From: Escherichia coli
GTDB taxonomy: Bacteria > Pseudomonadota > Gammaproteobacteria > Enterobacterales > Enterobacteriaceae
NCBI RefSeq assembly: GCF_003790525.1
Contig: NZ_CP033635.1
Direction: 5' to 3' (one strand)
Length of the DNA stretch: 64,000 bases
Position 1 is the stretch's first letter. Each line of letters starts with the position of its first letter. Under the pieces are notes generated by a model. The model did not search any database. It was not told the DNA's origin and saw only the letters and a list, made by a program, of their open reading frames with translations. The position numbers were made by a program, and so were the translations under genes. Shown one piece after another: positions 62,372-64,000 of the stretch.

Positions 62372-63379
62372 TTATCGGTAGCGTTTTTGTAGACTGGCAG
62401 GAAGATAACGCTGTAATGGGGATGGCGTTTCACCTTCAATCAGTTGCGAAATAAGTTCAAAGCAGTGAAAAGCAAGTTGGCGATTATCCTGTTGTATTGT
62501 GTCGATTCTTACCGAAAGTGAATCATACAAGTAATGATCATCAAAACTCGCCAGGTGGATTTTACTGTCGAGTAAATTATATTGGCTCATATAGCGCAGA
62601 ACGCCTTCCAGTAATCCACAAGCGGCAGTGAATAAGGCTTTAGGGGGACGTCCTAAACGAGCGCATAGCGCGGCAAACATTTCATAGCCTGAGCTCGGAT
62701 GATAATTACCGTGAATAATCCATTCAGGTTGTAGCGTTACTCCGGCTTGCTGCAAGCCTTGTGTAAATCCTTCCAGTCGATCGCGAGTCGGTGACAAACG
62801 GGGTTGTCCGCCCAGAAAATAGAATTCATCCGGGTGACTCCGTGCAATATCTGCCACCAGAGCGGCGGTGGGAGAAACAGAGTCAGTAATGACCAATGGC
62901 AATGTGCTGCCGTTCATGTGGCGATCGAACAACACAACAGGTAATTGCTCGCTAAGTTTTTGATAGTCATTATCATGCAGCATACTGGATGCGACGATTA
63001 ACCCATCAACCTGGCGGGCAATCATATTGTTCACCACCATTGTTTCCTGTGAAGGATTTTCATCAGTACAGGATATGAGGAGTTGGACTCCCGCTTCCCG
63101 ACACAATGTTTCCAGTTCATGGGAAAATACTGCAAATCCGTAGTTAGTGATTTCAGGAACGACGAGACCAATGGTGTGACTGCGGTTGTCCCGTAATGAG
63201 CGGGCATGAATGCTGGGCTGATAATGCTGCTGTTGGGCAATACTCAGCACACGCTCACGCGTTTCCTGCGCAACACGTAACTCTTTGCCACGACCATTGA
63301 GAACCAGACTGGCGGTTGCTTTCGACACTCCCGCCAGTTCAGCAATGTCTTTAATAGTAACGCGTTTGGTTTTTCTCAC
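62372..63379 (-). CDS. LacI-family transcriptional repressor, sucrose-operon type (CscR/ScrR-like)
   Basis: 335 aa; N-terminal [26 protein letters not shown] resembles Cra/ScrR-type LacI regulators; immediately downstream of a GH32 hydrolase gene in the same direction. Confidence 0.7.
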   Translation of the reverse strand: MRKTKRVTIKDIAELAGVSKATASLVLNGRGKELRVAQETRERVLSIAQQQHYQPSIHARSLRDNRSHTIGLVVPEITNYGFAVFSHELETLCREAGVQLLISCTDENPSQETMVVNNMIARQVDGLIVASSMLHDNDYQKLSEQLPVVLFDRHMNGSTLPLVITDSVSPTAALVADIARSHPDEFYFLGGQPRLSPTRDRLEGFTQGLQQAGVTLQPEWIIHGNYHPSSGYEMFAALCARLGRPPKALFTAACGLLEGVLRYMSQYNLLDSKIHLASFDDHYLYDSLSVRIDTIQQDNRQLAFHCFELISQLIEGETPSPLQRYLPASLQKRYR

Positions 63380-63404
63380 GACGAGGATCCGTAATTCAAA
63401 ACCC

Positions 63405-64000
63405 TCATTCTACCATGCAGGCGCGTAGCGACCAGTAGTGTAACGTGACGTCAGACTCGCCCTGTAATATCAGCGAAGCTGGATGATGGGGAAAATAACG
63501 ATTGCTCATTACGCCTTCGCCATTATTGATGAATATCTCTATGCTGGAACTGTCACAGAGAATCTTCAGTGACGTTACGCTTCCTCGCCAGTAACGAGTT
63601 AGTTTCTCTTGCCCTGCAAGGCTTTTCCTCTGTAGTTGAATACCATCGTCATTAAGATGCAGTGCCAGTGCGTTGCCAAAATTCAGATGTAGCTCGCCTG
63701 ATGGAATGATGTCCATTTCCAGACGTTCAATTGCGACAGGCGGCGCATGATCCGCTTTTCCTTGCCAGAAGTGTTCAGCTTCACGCAGTTGCGCGAGTTC
63801 CCTGATTGGCATCTGAAATAATTTTCCCTTCTGGAATGAGAGTTCGCGAAAACAGGTCATTTGATGCTGCCAATGATGCTTTCTGGTTGGTTGCAACATC
63901 TCTTCGCCATCAGGAACCCCCATCCAGCCGACCAGTAATCGTCGCCCGTCCGGGGCTTCCATCGTCTGTGGTGCATAGAATTCAAATCCCGCATCCAGCT
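63405..64000 (-). CDS. Glycoside hydrolase family 32 (sucrose-6-phosphate hydrolase/invertase-like), C-terminal part; gene continues past the window edge
   Basis: Reading frame stays open to the window edge (..[27 protein letters not shown]..); C-terminal region resembles the beta-sandwich domain of sucrose hydrolases. Confidence 0.6.
   Translation of the reverse strand, partial: LDAGFEFYAPQTMEAPDGRRLLVGWMGVPDGEEMLQPTRKHHWQHQMTCFRELSFQKGKLFQMPIRELAQLREAEHFWQGKADHAPPVAIERLEMDIIPSGELHLNFGNALALHLNDDGIQLQRKSLAGQEKLTRYWRGSVTSLKILCDSSSIEIFINNGEGVMSNRYFPHHPASLILQGESDVTLHYWSLRACMVE

Overview
Escherichia coli-type chromosomal segment, colinear with the K-12 ptrA-recBD-argA-amiC / metZWV-mltA / csdAE / gcvAB / fuc / sdaCB / csrB / gud / barA / relA-mazEFG-pyrG-eno-queE region and read here in the opposite orientation to MG1655 numbering. 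Gene identities are from my own recognition of the translated ORFs; no database search was run. About 48 core protein genes are intact with expected lengths, plus three tandem initiator tRNA-fMet genes, the sRNAs gcvB and csrB (both invisible to the ORF track), and REP palindromes. Three strain-variable pieces stand out: (i) an AT-rich ~5.4 kb PTS operon between amiC and the 3' end of the tRNA-fMet cluster, headed by a BglG-type antiterminator gene with a RAT-like/terminator leader; (ii) an IS4 copy (1426 bp, 14-bp target duplication) inserted in the bidirectional terminator between eno and a lemA + three tandem TPM-domain (ygcG-like) gene cluster; (iii) a sucrose-type LacI repressor plus a GH32 hydrolase gene fragment at the right edge. 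The lemA-TPMx3 cluster is the best candidate for an uncharacterised system. No CRISPR array, rRNA or prophage was seen.
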